Positions 18,843 to 27,753 of a stretch of DNA of 64,000 nucleotides are shown in pieces (positions within the stretch are counted from its first letter, which is position 1; each line of letters begins with the position of its first letter). The position numbers and the translations under genes were made by a program. The stretch is taken from positions 68,217 to 132,216 of the forward strand of contig CAZPVH010000002.1 in assembly GCA_964589975.1 (NCBI GenBank), read 5' to 3'. Under the pieces are notes generated by a model. The model was not told the DNA's origin and ran no database searches. It worked only from the letters and a program-made list of their open reading frames with translations. Source of the DNA: an uncultured Candidatus Saccharibacteria bacterium (GTDB lineage Bacteria; Patescibacteriota; Minisyncoccia; Phycocordibacterales; CSBR16-119).

Positions 18843-19580
18843 TTAGACCTCGACGAGCTTGCCGGACTTAAGAAGGATCGGCACTGTCTGAATGAATTCG
18901 CTCAACCTGGCAGCACATGTTCCATAGTCAGCGATCGCCGAAGCAGGCTTGCCGTCTTCGAAGAGCCGATAGTACATGCGACCAACATAGAGCAATTTGG
19001 CCCCCTCCTCGTCGACCGTCTCATCAATCGACAAGGTGAGTGTCTCAAGAGGCTTGTCAACTTCAAAGACCTGCACGATGAAAGTGGATACTTTACAGTT
19101 CCGCTCATGCGAGTACCTGGAAGGTTGAACTACGATCGAGTAATCGAGTCCGTGCCAACTGATCCTACGGGTACCGTCTAGAACCGCTTTTCCACGCACA
19201 GTGTCAGCGCTGAGTTCGCTTTCAACCCTAGCCACTTCCTGCCAATAGAATCGAGAGTTCTCGGGACTGATATCGACATGCTGCACGACATCGTTCGAAT
19301 CAAAAGTGGTTGTTACCATCGGAAGTCCGAGGGAGGCCATTTCGAGCCTCATTGAACCGATGGCCTTTGCCACTTCGTCATGAACGATCGAGCGCACCTG
19401 ATCTGCAGTGAGGAGAACAACGGGTTCGGGCGCGGTGGGCTCAGGCTTTTCCTGAACCTCAGGAACTTCCATACCCTGCTCTGGAGCTTCGGGAGTTGGT
19501 TCGGCTGTCTTCGTTTCTTCGCAAGAAGCGAAGATGAAGGAGGCAACCGGCAAAGCGAGGGTCAGCAAATGTTTTTTCAT
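18843..19580 (-). CDS. Hypothetical lipoprotein
   Basis: The Met at 19580 gives MKKHLLTLALPVASFIFASCEE, a lipobox-type signal. The upstream in-frame extension to 19658 is unlikely. Confidence 0.5.
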   Translation of the reverse strand: MKKHLLTLALPVASFIFASCEETKTAEPTPEAPEQGMEVPEVQEKPEPTAPEPVVLLTADQVRSIVHDEVAKAIGSMRLEMASLGLPMVTTTFDSNDVVQHVDISPENSRFYWQEVARVESELSADTVRGKAVLDGTRRISWHGLDYSIVVQPSRYSHERNCKVSTFIVQVFEVDKPLETLTLSIDETVDEEGAKLLYVGRMYYRLFEDGKPASAIADYGTCAARLSEFIQTVPILLKSGKLVEV

Positions 19581-19669
19581 GTTCTTTTTTTGCAAGACCT
19601 TACCATGCTTAGCCACAGTTGTCAAATAAAAGCCCCGGACGCGTGTCCGGGGCTTCATTCTCTTACGTT

Positions 19670-20374
19670 TCAGGAATCCACCTTCTTCCCAACCAGCTTT
19701 TGTTGCTCGAGCAGATCAATGACCTCGGTCAACGTGGTGAGTGCATTATCCTCAACGAAGTTATTGCCACTCGAGTCCCAGTCGGTGCGTTTGTTCGAAC
19801 ATCGGTCGTACCAGTTGCCCATGACCCGGCCGTCGACAGCCCTCCCGTCAACATCAAAATCCATGTTGTAGAAGAACTCCCACACGAGGCAGCTATCAAT
19901 GCCTGGGGACACCTGGTTGAGCATCATAAGCAACCGCCCATTGTCTTCATTAAAGTTAAGATGTACTTGATACCCGGCTCGTTCACGGCCAACCTCATCG
20001 TTATAGACGAAAGCATCTCGCCAACCGTCTGATGACATTGCCGCGAATTCAAAGGGCATGCCCATCGAACCCGTGAAATCATTTTCACCTACCATACCAG
20101 TAGATGATGACATGAGATCCCGCAAACGATTAATCTGTTTGCCGACGCGGGAAACCTGCGCGACATTCAGCCGCCATTCACCATCTTCGGGCGACCAGAA
20201 GCCCCCGCTGATAATACCCCAGCGCACTTCTTCCATCTTCGCATTCAGGATCGTGTCGAGCATGACCGCCTGTTGCGCGAGCAACGCTTCATCATGCTTT
20301 CTGATACCCAATTTGCCCAAAAAGCAGACGATGACGATTGCCGTAATGCCGAAAATCCGTTTGATCGCTTTCAT
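19670..20374 (-). CDS. Hypothetical secreted protein
   Basis: 234 aa with an N-terminal signal-like hydrophobic segment (ITAIVIVCFLGKLG). A terminator hairpin follows the stop (19626-19655). Confidence 0.5.
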   Translation of the reverse strand: MKAIKRIFGITAIVIVCFLGKLGIRKHDEALLAQQAVMLDTILNAKMEEVRWGIISGGFWSPEDGEWRLNVAQVSRVGKQINRLRDLMSSSTGMVGENDFTGSMGMPFEFAAMSSDGWRDAFVYNDEVGRERAGYQVHLNFNEDNGRLLMMLNQVSPGIDSCLVWEFFYNMDFDVDGRAVDGRVMGNWYDRCSNKRTDWDSSGNNFVEDNALTTLTEVIDLLEQQKLVGKKVDS

Positions 20375-20451
20375 TGTGCGTGTTTGTTTTTTGAGACATT
20401 ACGCTAATTACACGAGTTTGTCAAACATACCTTAAGAATCGGGTCAAACAA

Positions 20452-20482
20452 AAACCGCCCTATTCAGGCGGTTTTTGTTTCT
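20452..20482 (-). terminator. Rho-independent terminator after the KH-domain gene
   Basis: CCGCCTGAATAGGGCGG flanked by A- and T-tracts. Preceded on the minus strand by the stop-rich conserved motif at 20471-20505. Confidence 0.55.
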
Positions 20483-20505
20483 AGAAGCTAATCACTAGCC
20501 ACTAA
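20471..20505 (-). repeat. Conserved stop-codon-rich 3' motif, copy 1 (after the KH-domain gene)
   Basis: Minus strand reads TAATAAGTGATTAGTGGCTAGTGATTAGCTTCTAGAAACAAAAA followed by the hairpin. About 80% identical to the sequence after gyrB (39567-39601). Confidence 0.5.
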
Positions 20506-20512
20506 TCACTTA

Positions 20513-20857
20513 TTAAATTCCCTTCAGGTCTTCCATGGTCTGGTCGACATCTGCTGATGCGACTCGAGGTGTTGAGCCTGTTCCTTCAGGCTTTACATAG
20601 CCTTCTGGTTCTTCAATTTTTAGGTTTACGCGAGAGTTATTCTTCATGCCGATAACTCGGAGAAGCGTTCGCATAGCTTTCGCAGTGTTTCCCTGACGAC
20701 CGATAATTTTACCCATGTCTTCTCCGTTAACAGAGAGGGTCAAAAGGACGCCCATTTCGTCGACCTTCCTTTCGAGCTTCACATCTCCCGGATGATCAAC
20801 CAAAGCCTTTACCACGTACTCTAGAAATTCCTGATCTCTTTCCATAAATTCATTCAA
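20513..20857 (-). CDS. KH-domain RNA-binding protein (UPF0109/YlqC-like)
   Basis: 114 aa with GKIIGRQGNTAKAMRTLL, the KH GxxG loop. Its position directly after rpsP matches the usual rpsP-KH-rimM-trmD arrangement. Confidence 0.75.
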   Translation of the reverse strand: MNEFMERDQEFLEYVVKALVDHPGDVKLERKVDEMGVLLTLSVNGEDMGKIIGRQGNTAKAMRTLLRVIGMKNNSRVNLKIEEPEGYVKPEGTGSTPRVASADVDQTMEDLKGI

Positions 20858-20960
20858 TGTTTTCTAATCATACAGATTTCGGACTAAGAAATACTGTTTT
20901 AATAATTTTAACCCATCCATTAGTTCCGCGCAATGAAAAACCGCCTCTCGGCGGATTTCA

Positions 20961-21263
20961 TTAAGCTTTAGCTTCTTCTTTCTTTACCTGCTTGGTTCGC
21001 TTTGGCATAACGTTCACTTTCTTCCCTTCTACGATACCTTTGTCGACGAGGAAATTGTGGACCGTTCCGGAAGCCTGGGCGCCTTTGCCGAGCCAATATT
21101 TGACGCGGTCAGCCTTTACTTCAACCTTTCCGGCCTTTGGATCATATGACCCGAGGACCTCGATGAACTTGCCACTTTGCGCAGAGTTGGTGTGCTCGCC
21201 CAAAACAACCCGGAAACTCGGTTCATTCTTGCGACCTGTCCTTTGTAGTCTCATTTTTAACAT
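20961..21263 (-). CDS. rpsP: 30S ribosomal protein S16
   Basis: MLKMRLQRTGRKNEPSFRVV... matches the bS16 N-terminus. The Met at 21263 is preferred over the 12-codon upstream extension to 21299. Confidence 0.85.
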   Translation of the reverse strand: MLKMRLQRTGRKNEPSFRVVLGEHTNSAQSGKFIEVLGSYDPKAGKVEVKADRVKYWLGKGAQASGTVHNFLVDKGIVEGKKVNVMPKRTKQVKKEEAKA

Positions 21264-21354
21264 GGGATGGATATTAGCAGATATATATAAAAGCGTCAAA
21301 CGAGGGCGATAGAGCCCCGACCAAGGTCGGGGCTCCTGTGGGGTTCAACAATGG

Positions 21355-21669
21355 TTACCTGTGTATCGCGGGGCGATACACATGTGGACGACGTGGCTTC
21401 GGTCTCGTGTGGACCTTTTGCTTTCCTCGTTTGCCCTTACTTCTGGCCTGCTTCTCTTTGTACTTCTCTGCGTTACTACGCCTCTTTTGCTTAGCCAAAT
21501 CCCGTCGAGAGAGATTGCTCTCCGTCTCGAGATCTCTGATAGGCGCAGAAACGGGACGCGGTTTTGCCTTCTGCAGAACATTGATCATGTTATCGTACTG
21601 CCTCGGCAGACCACGAATGATCTTATTCAGAAGCTTCTGAGGAACTTTGCCACTTTCACTCATTTTCAT
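21355..21669 (-). CDS. Hypothetical small basic protein
   Basis: From the Met at 21669: MKMSESGKVPQKLLNKIIRGLPRQ... with an Arg/Lys-rich C-terminus. The longer ORF to 21786 would overlap the rnr start, so it is not preferred. Function unknown. Confidence 0.35.
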   Translation of the reverse strand: MKMSESGKVPQKLLNKIIRGLPRQYDNMINVLQKAKPRPVSAPIRDLETESNLSRRDLAKQKRRSNAEKYKEKQARSKGKRGKQKVHTRPKPRRPHVYRPAIHR

Positions 21670-21739
21670 GGTGAGGAAATTTGTCCCTATATTATCACAA
21701 TCATGCTGAAATTTTCGCTCATATGTTAATATCTCTAAT

Positions 21740-23719
21740 ATGCATAAAAAACGAGCCCTCCCCCCGAAAACGCTCTCGGGAATCATCAGAGTCAGCCAGC
21801 GCGGTACTGGCTATTTTCGTCTGCCAAAATTTCCTGAAAATGGAGAAAAAAAACCTGCGAACGATACGGCAGAGATCGCCTTTTCAGACCTTGGAACCGC
21901 GCTCCATGGCGACACAGTAAAGATAGTTATGTCCGGCAAAGGCAAATACGGACCGACGGCAAAGGTCTTAGAAATTCTAAAGCGCTCGAAGCGCGGATTT
22001 GCCGGAGAGCTCATAAAAGAAAAGAGCGAGATGGTTCTGAAACCGAGCGATCCTAGGATGTACACAACCATCTCTATTCCCTCAAAGTTTCAGAATGGCG
22101 CCAAGCTTGGCGACAAGATCTTCGTGCGCATTACGCGTTGGTCAGGCATGGAACACAAACCACTTGGCGAAGTTGTAAAAGTTCTCGGACGCGCTGGCGA
22201 ACACGAAGCCGAAATGCAGGGAATAATCCTTGAGCGCGGATTCGATAGCTCATTCCCGAGAGAAGTGGAAAAAGAGGCGGAGAAGATAAAGCATGAGGGC
22301 ATCAGTCCTGCTGAAATAAATCGCCGCCGGGATATGCGAAAAGTTACGACTTTCACTATCGACCCGGAAGACGCAAAAGATTTTGACGATGCTTTGTCGT
22401 TCCGAAAACTACCGAATGGAAATTTTGAAATCGGCATTCATATTGCTGATGTATCTCATTATGTCCGGCCAAACACGGCGCTCGATCGCGAAGCTCTAGA
22501 GCGCGCAACTTCAGTCTATCTAGTAGACAGGACAATTCCCATGCTTCCGGAGATACTTTCGAACGATTTGTGCAGCTTGAATCCTAACGAAGACAAGCTC
22601 GCAATGAGCGCCATATTTGAGATGGACATGAATGGCGCGGTACACAAAGAGTGGTTCGGAAAAACGATCATAAATTCTGACAAGCGCTTTACGTATGAAA
22701 ACGCGCAAAAAGTTCTGGATGACAAATCTGGAACATTCTACGAAGAGCTCGACACTATGAATCGAATAGCCAAAAAGCTCACGAATGAGCGAATAAAGGA
22801 GGGTGCGATTCTCATGGAAACCGATGAAGTAAAATTCAAACTCGACAAATTCGGCAAACCTATCTCGGTTTATATCAAGCAGCGTGGAGACACAAACAAA
22901 TTGATCGAAGAATTTATGCTCCTTGCCAACAAGCGCGTAGCCAAGTGGGGCGCGCACGACAAAGACAAGAAGGACCGGGTCTTTATTTACCGAATCCACG
23001 ACGAACCGGACAAAGAGAAAATTAAATCGCTCAAAGAATACCTGAAGCTGCTTGGTTTTGAACTCAGGGAAAAGGGCGGTCGCGTCGCGCCGCACGAATT
23101 CAATAAATTATTCAAGGAACTCGAGGGTCGCGAGGAGCGAGACACTATCCAGTCAGTCGTTATTCGTAGTATGCAAAAAGCTATCTACTCGACGAAGAAC
23201 ATTGGCCATTACGGATTGGCGTTTGAGTTTTACACACATTTCACTTCCCCAATCCGCCGCTATCCGGACGTTATCGCCCACAGACTCCTGGAGTCATACA
23301 TCCAAGGAGAGAAGATTTCTAAGGAAAAAATGGCTTACTACCAAGAATTGGCGGAACATTCGTCAACGCGCGAAGTCGAAGCGGCTGACGCCGAGCGCAC
23401 CAGCGTAAAATACAAACAAATAGAATATATGACTGATCGTATCGGCGAGATTATGGACGGCGTGGTTACCAGTATCACTGAATTCGGCATGTATGTCGCT
23501 GAAAAGACGACCAGAGCTGAAGGTTTGGTTAAATCGAGAGACATAGAAGGCGATTATTTCACATATGATGAATCAAAATTCGTGCTTCGAGGTCAAAAAA
23601 CTGGTAGGATGATAAGAATCGGGGACAATTTTAAAATCAAAGTTAAATCTGCCGATGTAGAAAAGCAGCAGATAGACTACATTTTGCTTTCCGATTCATC
23701 TGATGGATCAACAATATAA
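21740..23719 (+). CDS. rnr: Ribonuclease R / RNase II-family 3'-5' exoribonuclease
   Basis: 659 aa. N-terminal cold-shock/OB domain, RNB catalytic motifs (DPEDAKDFDDALS, IHIADVSHYV, GHYGLA...YTHFTSPIRRYPD) and a C-terminal S1 domain. Confidence 0.85.
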   Translation: MHKKRALPPKTLSGIIRVSQRGTGYFRLPKFPENGEKKPANDTAEIAFSDLGTALHGDTVKIVMSGKGKYGPTAKVLEILKRSKRGFAGELIKEKSEMVLKPSDPRMYTTISIPSKFQNGAKLGDKIFVRITRWSGMEHKPLGEVVKVLGRAGEHEAEMQGIILERGFDSSFPREVEKEAEKIKHEGISPAEINRRRDMRKVTTFTIDPEDAKDFDDALSFRKLPNGNFEIGIHIADVSHYVRPNTALDREALERATSVYLVDRTIPMLPEILSNDLCSLNPNEDKLAMSAIFEMDMNGAVHKEWFGKTIINSDKRFTYENAQKVLDDKSGTFYEELDTMNRIAKKLTNERIKEGAILMETDEVKFKLDKFGKPISVYIKQRGDTNKLIEEFMLLANKRVAKWGAHDKDKKDRVFIYRIHDEPDKEKIKSLKEYLKLLGFELREKGGRVAPHEFNKLFKELEGREERDTIQSVVIRSMQKAIYSTKNIGHYGLAFEFYTHFTSPIRRYPDVIAHRLLESYIQGEKISKEKMAYYQELAEHSSTREVEAADAERTSVKYKQIEYMTDRIGEIMDGVVTSITEFGMYVAEKTTRAEGLVKSRDIEGDYFTYDESKFVLRGQKTGRMIRIGDNFKIKVKSADVEKQQIDYILLSDSSDGSTI

Positions 23720-26222
23720 GAGGAACTCAATCAAGATAATTATCTGGAGCCTTGTGGCGGTCTCTTTCGGCATTTTTCTTTCTGGACTCATAGTAAATAT
23801 TGTGGACGGAAGTGGTAAGGAGGCAACTGCTGTGGAGACTGAGGAGTCACAATCAGGATTCATCAATAAATTCTTGACTTACGCTGATAAAATCAAAAAT
23901 GTAGCAAGCCATTTTTCAAAATCAGGGACTGAGGCAGTCGGCAGCATCGACTTTGGTGGCCTGTCTCTTCCGCCTCAAGCCACATATCATCTCAAGGACA
24001 AAGATCTTGAACCTAAAGTGAACGCCCTAGCCTATGTGATCGGCGATGCGGACACGGGCGAAATCATATACTCAAAAAATGCTGACGTGGTCTCACCCAT
24101 CGCCTCAGTCACAAAGCTCATGACCGCCCTCGCTTCTCTAGAAGATCTGCCACAAGAAGACATAACCAAGGTTTCAAATAAAGCCATTAATACACTGGGC
24201 CAAAGCGGCGGATTGATGCCAAATGAGAAAGTAAAAGTTTCGGATCTTCTGTATCCACTTCTTTTGGTTTCCTCTAATGATGCCGCTGAGGCTTTGGCTG
24301 AACACGGTGGACGAGAGAGATTCATGAAATTCATGAACGCACGAGCAAAAGAGATAGGCATGGAAAAAACAAATTATGAAGACCCGTCTGGACTTTCGCC
24401 AAACAACTACTCCACAGCGGCCGATCTTTTTAAGATGACAAATTATCTCTTTACCAAACACAAGACGGTTTTCGATATCACCGATCTCTCAAAATATTCT
24501 CTTGGTGGTCGCACCTGGTTCAATGCAAATCATTTCGCGCGCTATGACGACTACTTGGGCGGTAAAACCGGCTACACGGACAGGGCCAAGCGAACCGGCG
24601 TCGCCATCTTCAAAACAAACTTTGAAGGCGCTGGCGAAAAGCATATTGCTATTACGCTCCTGAAGACAGACGACCGCACCCGCGACATAAATGAAATCTT
24701 GAAATTCATCCATCAGAACGTCTACTTTTCTTTTGACAATAATCTATTCGCCAAAGACGCCGAGGTAACGCTCGGGTTCGTTGGCGACATGATGTTTGAC
24801 CGCGGTGTAAAAACTTCCGTCTTCAAAAATTTCGGCGGCGATTTTTCAAAAACCCTAGAAGAAGCCGGGATGCTCGAGAAACCCGACATCATGTTTGGAA
24901 ACCTTGAAGGTCCTGTATCAGACAAAGGAAGAAACGTCGGCAGCAAATATTCTTTCCGTTTTGATCCGGTCATTCCGACAGTTTTGAAAGATGCTGGCTT
25001 CGACATCGTCTCATTCGCCAACAATCATGTCGGGGACTGGTCAGATGAAGCTTTTCTAGACACTCTGGGCCGCCTCGAAGAAGCTAACCTACTCTACACC
25101 GGCGCGGGCGAAACTTACGAAGAAGCGCTGACTCCCGTAGTTATCGAGCGCTCCGGCATGAAAATCGGATTCCTGGGCTCGAGCGATGTCGGTCCTGAAT
25201 GGATGAAGGCGACGCCGGAAAAGCCGGGCATAATCCTCGCCGGCGATCCGAATCTTTTGAAAGAAATCGAGAAAGCCAAGGAAGGCGTGGACTTCCTGGT
25301 TGTCTCCGTCCACTGGGGTGATGAATACAAGCCTCACAACACACGCCAAGAAATGCTGGCGCACAAGATGATCGATGCCGGCGCTGACATCGTTGTTGGA
25401 CACCATCCGCATGTCGCGCAAGATGTCGAAGAATACAAAGGCGGTCTAATTATCTACTCTCTCGGTAACTTCGTCTTTGATCAATACTTCTCTGAAGAAA
25501 CGATGCAAGGAATGTTCGCTGAAGTGACGCTTGGCGAAGACGGGATCGTCGATCACAAAGAAACTATTTTCAAAATAAATCCTGAATACCAGCCAATCCT
25601 TCCATCAAAACAACAAGACGACCGATTCGCCTTTGATCGCGGCACATGCCAAATCGGCAATTCTGACGCCAACCAAATGTTTACGAATGTATCGGCTGAA
25701 ATCAGTGTCGACAACTATATACCCGAAGGATTGGTTGAGATTAAAGACGGCATAAAGACTAAGGAGGGTCGAAATATTTGTCTCACAGAAGAGGCGGCTC
25801 TTGCCTTCAAAGAAATGTCAGATGACGCCGCGGAAGAAGGGCTTGATCTCCGTGTAACATCCGGCTTCCGCGATCGCGGTTTCCAAGAAGCACTTTACAC
25901 AAAGAACCAGGCCGAGCACGGGGATGAAGGAACCGAATCTGTGGCCAAACCTGGACACTCTGAGCACCAGCTTGGAACGACTGTCGACCTCACAACGATT
26001 GAGATCGCTGAGGCATCCGCAAGTCCGGCATTTGAGAAGACTCCTGAATTCGAATGGCTCACTTCTCATGCGCACAAATATGGATTTATTATGAGCTATC
26101 CGCGCGGCGCCGACACTGGTTACATCTACGAACCGTGGCATTGGCGATACCTTGGCGAGGATATGGCTGAGGAAATAAAAGATTCCGGTCAGACAATTCA
26201 GAAATACCTGGAAGATCTCTAA
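23703..26222 (+). CDS. Membrane-anchored triple-domain cell-wall enzyme: S11 D-Ala-D-Ala carboxypeptidase, CapA-type metallophosphatase and M15 (VanY-like) carboxypeptidase
   Basis: 839 aa with an N-terminal TM helix. The PBP5-like domain has SVTK (SxxK), SSND (SxN) and KTGYT (KTG) motifs. The CapA/PgsA-like domain has FDIVSFANNHVGDW, VVSVHWGDEY and GADIVVGHHPHV. The VanY-like M15 domain has HSEHQLGTTVDL and EPWHWRY. It overlaps the rnr 3' end by 17 nt. Confidence 0.75.
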   Translation: MDQQYKRNSIKIIIWSLVAVSFGIFLSGLIVNIVDGSGKEATAVETEESQSGFINKFLTYADKIKNVASHFSKSGTEAVGSIDFGGLSLPPQATYHLKDKDLEPKVNALAYVIGDADTGEIIYSKNADVVSPIASVTKLMTALASLEDLPQEDITKVSNKAINTLGQSGGLMPNEKVKVSDLLYPLLLVSSNDAAEALAEHGGRERFMKFMNARAKEIGMEKTNYEDPSGLSPNNYSTAADLFKMTNYLFTKHKTVFDITDLSKYSLGGRTWFNANHFARYDDYLGGKTGYTDRAKRTGVAIFKTNFEGAGEKHIAITLLKTDDRTRDINEILKFIHQNVYFSFDNNLFAKDAEVTLGFVGDMMFDRGVKTSVFKNFGGDFSKTLEEAGMLEKPDIMFGNLEGPVSDKGRNVGSKYSFRFDPVIPTVLKDAGFDIVSFANNHVGDWSDEAFLDTLGRLEEANLLYTGAGETYEEALTPVVIERSGMKIGFLGSSDVGPEWMKATPEKPGIILAGDPNLLKEIEKAKEGVDFLVVSVHWGDEYKPHNTRQEMLAHKMIDAGADIVVGHHPHVAQDVEEYKGGLIIYSLGNFVFDQYFSEETMQGMFAEVTLGEDGIVDHKETIFKINPEYQPILPSKQQDDRFAFDRGTCQIGNSDANQMFTNVSAEISVDNYIPEGLVEIKDGIKTKEGRNICLTEEAALAFKEMSDDAAEEGLDLRVTSGFRDRGFQEALYTKNQAEHGDEGTESVAKPGHSEHQLGTTVDLTTIEIAEASASPAFEKTPEFEWLTSHAHKYGFIMSYPRGADTGYIYEPWHWRYLGEDMAEEIKDSGQTIQKYLEDL

Positions 26223-26264
26223 AAGAAAAGCCCCGCAATCAGCGGGGCTTTTCAAAAGGTCCTA

Positions 26265-27533
26265 CTATCTGACGGGCTTCCGGTCGACAGACATAACGAT
26301 CGGTGGCGGCAAAATGAACTTAATCCCCTTCAAGTGCGAAAGTCTCAACTCAACCCTTTTGCCAATACAGTCGCTCTTCTTTACATTGGGAATTTCAATT
26401 GTAAGTGGCAGGCCATCGGTTGAGTAAGTACCGGGATATGTGTCTAACAAGCGACCATTCGAAAGCAAATCAAAATTTGCTACCGCTTGGCGCCCCGGTG
26501 CCATATTCCATGGATACTCCCCATCTTTCGGTGTCATCAGAATCTTTCGCTCATCAGCATGACCCTCACACTGCCAGCGACATTCCATATTCCGAAACCA
26601 CGTCTCTTCAAAGAAAAACGGGTTCTTTATTTCAAGCCCGCCATCATCCAAGCTCTTCAGTCCTGAAGAATTCTCGTTCCTTATAGAGAGTTTCGTCGGA
26701 TTACCCGCAATCGCCTTTTGCACACTTACTCGAACAAGGAGTGTACTCCTTTGGTCCACTTCAACTGTAAATGGACAAATGACGCCGTTAACCGAGATTT
26801 TCGGTTTCACATCTGGAATTTTTACCCCTTTTCGATGCCAGAGCCCAACATCTAGAGAAAATGCGTCAGGGAAACCGATCGCGACAGCGCATACGTACCA
26901 GGCTGAAGTTATCATCTCCTGCTTTTTTCGCTCAATCTCAAAAAGTTCCCTCCGAAGATCCGCCTCCTTTTGAGCTACAGCTTCAAACTCGCCGGCATAG
27001 GCTTTCTCAATTGGTCCTAATTGTTCTCTCGTGAGATCAAGTCTGGCATCTTCGTAAGCATCTGCTGCCGGAGTGCTTGATAGCGCTCCTTTTGGAAATC
27101 GTGCGGCGAACGCATTCAGAACATCTTTTTCACATACGTGGAATTTTTTGAAAATGCCAGATATGTTTGCTCCCCCATGACCATATGTCATGACTGCTAA
27201 CAGATGGATAACCTCCACCACAGGCCAATTTGTAGCAGCTGCGTAGCTAACAGCTTCTGAAAGCAGTTCGGAAGTTTCTGCGGTCTTGGATCGTTCCGTA
27301 ACAGATACAACACGCTCGAATGGCAATGATCGTCTTATGATCGCTGAGAGTTCCGCTTCAACCGCAGCTCGATCTTTAAAAACCAAGTACAGCCAGGGCG
27401 TATCATGTATCTGTAGAATGGACATGAGAATGTGTTCAGGACCAACTTTGAGATTGGAAAATTGTCGAGCAATGAGGATCGCGTTGGCCACAACCACTCG
27501 GGCTTCTTGTGAGAAAGCGATTCGCTTGTTCAT
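26265..27533 (-). CDS. Hypothetical protein with N-terminal Clp-N (ClpA/ClpB R-domain-like) repeats
   Basis: 422 aa. The N-terminal ~140 aa show the Clp_N pattern (ARVVVANAILIARQFSNLKVGPEHILMSILQ and a second repeat). A central charged coiled-coil is followed by an unrecognised C-terminal domain. Confidence 0.5.
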   Translation of the reverse strand: MNKRIAFSQEARVVVANAILIARQFSNLKVGPEHILMSILQIHDTPWLYLVFKDRAAVEAELSAIIRRSLPFERVVSVTERSKTAETSELLSEAVSYAAATNWPVVEVIHLLAVMTYGHGGANISGIFKKFHVCEKDVLNAFAARFPKGALSSTPAADAYEDARLDLTREQLGPIEKAYAGEFEAVAQKEADLRRELFEIERKKQEMITSAWYVCAVAIGFPDAFSLDVGLWHRKGVKIPDVKPKISVNGVICPFTVEVDQRSTLLVRVSVQKAIAGNPTKLSIRNENSSGLKSLDDGGLEIKNPFFFEETWFRNMECRWQCEGHADERKILMTPKDGEYPWNMAPGRQAVANFDLLSNGRLLDTYPGTYSTDGLPLTIEIPNVKKSDCIGKRVELRLSHLKGIKFILPPPIVMSVDRKPVR

Positions 27534-27550
27534 GTTTCAAGGTTTTGTTC

Positions 27551-27579
27551 AAAATACACGTTAGACCATTCCCTGTCAA
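27551..27579 (-). promoter_or_regulatory. Putative sigma-70 promoter for the Clp-N-domain gene
   Basis: On the minus strand, TTGACA-17 nt-TATTTT lies directly after the upstream terminator T-tract. The same TTGACA-after-terminator layout recurs at 29459. Confidence 0.35.
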
Positions 27580-27753
27580 ATCAAAACCCCGCGCACATGG
27601 CGCGGGGGTTTGAAAAGTGCTCAAGCTTCTTGCTTCACCTTACGGAACTCTGCAAGGCTTCGGAACAGCCTGGCATTGTACTCGTGCATCATCTTCTGCA
27701 CTGTCGGATCGCTCGTGTCGAGGATTACGTGGCCGGCGAACTGCTTTTCCAGT
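27574..27753 (-). repeat. 180-bp block identical to 29459-29638 (3' end of paralog A plus its terminator)
   Basis: Reading both copies side by side, every base matches from tgtcaaatcaaaacccc through gcgaactgcttttccag. About 120 bp of graded similarity follow inside the genes. Confidence 0.8.
27577..27607 (-). terminator. Rho-independent terminator of paralog A (inside the 180-bp identical block)
   Basis: CCCCGCGC-CATGT-GCGCGGGG followed by TTTTGATTTG on the minus strand. Confidence 0.6.

Noticed and set aside
21355-21786. The full 143-aa minus-strand ORF 21355-21786 taken as annotated.
   Set aside because: Its first 39 codons overlap the rnr start region on the opposite strand and look non-coding. 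Only the part from the Met at 21669 is kept, at low confidence.
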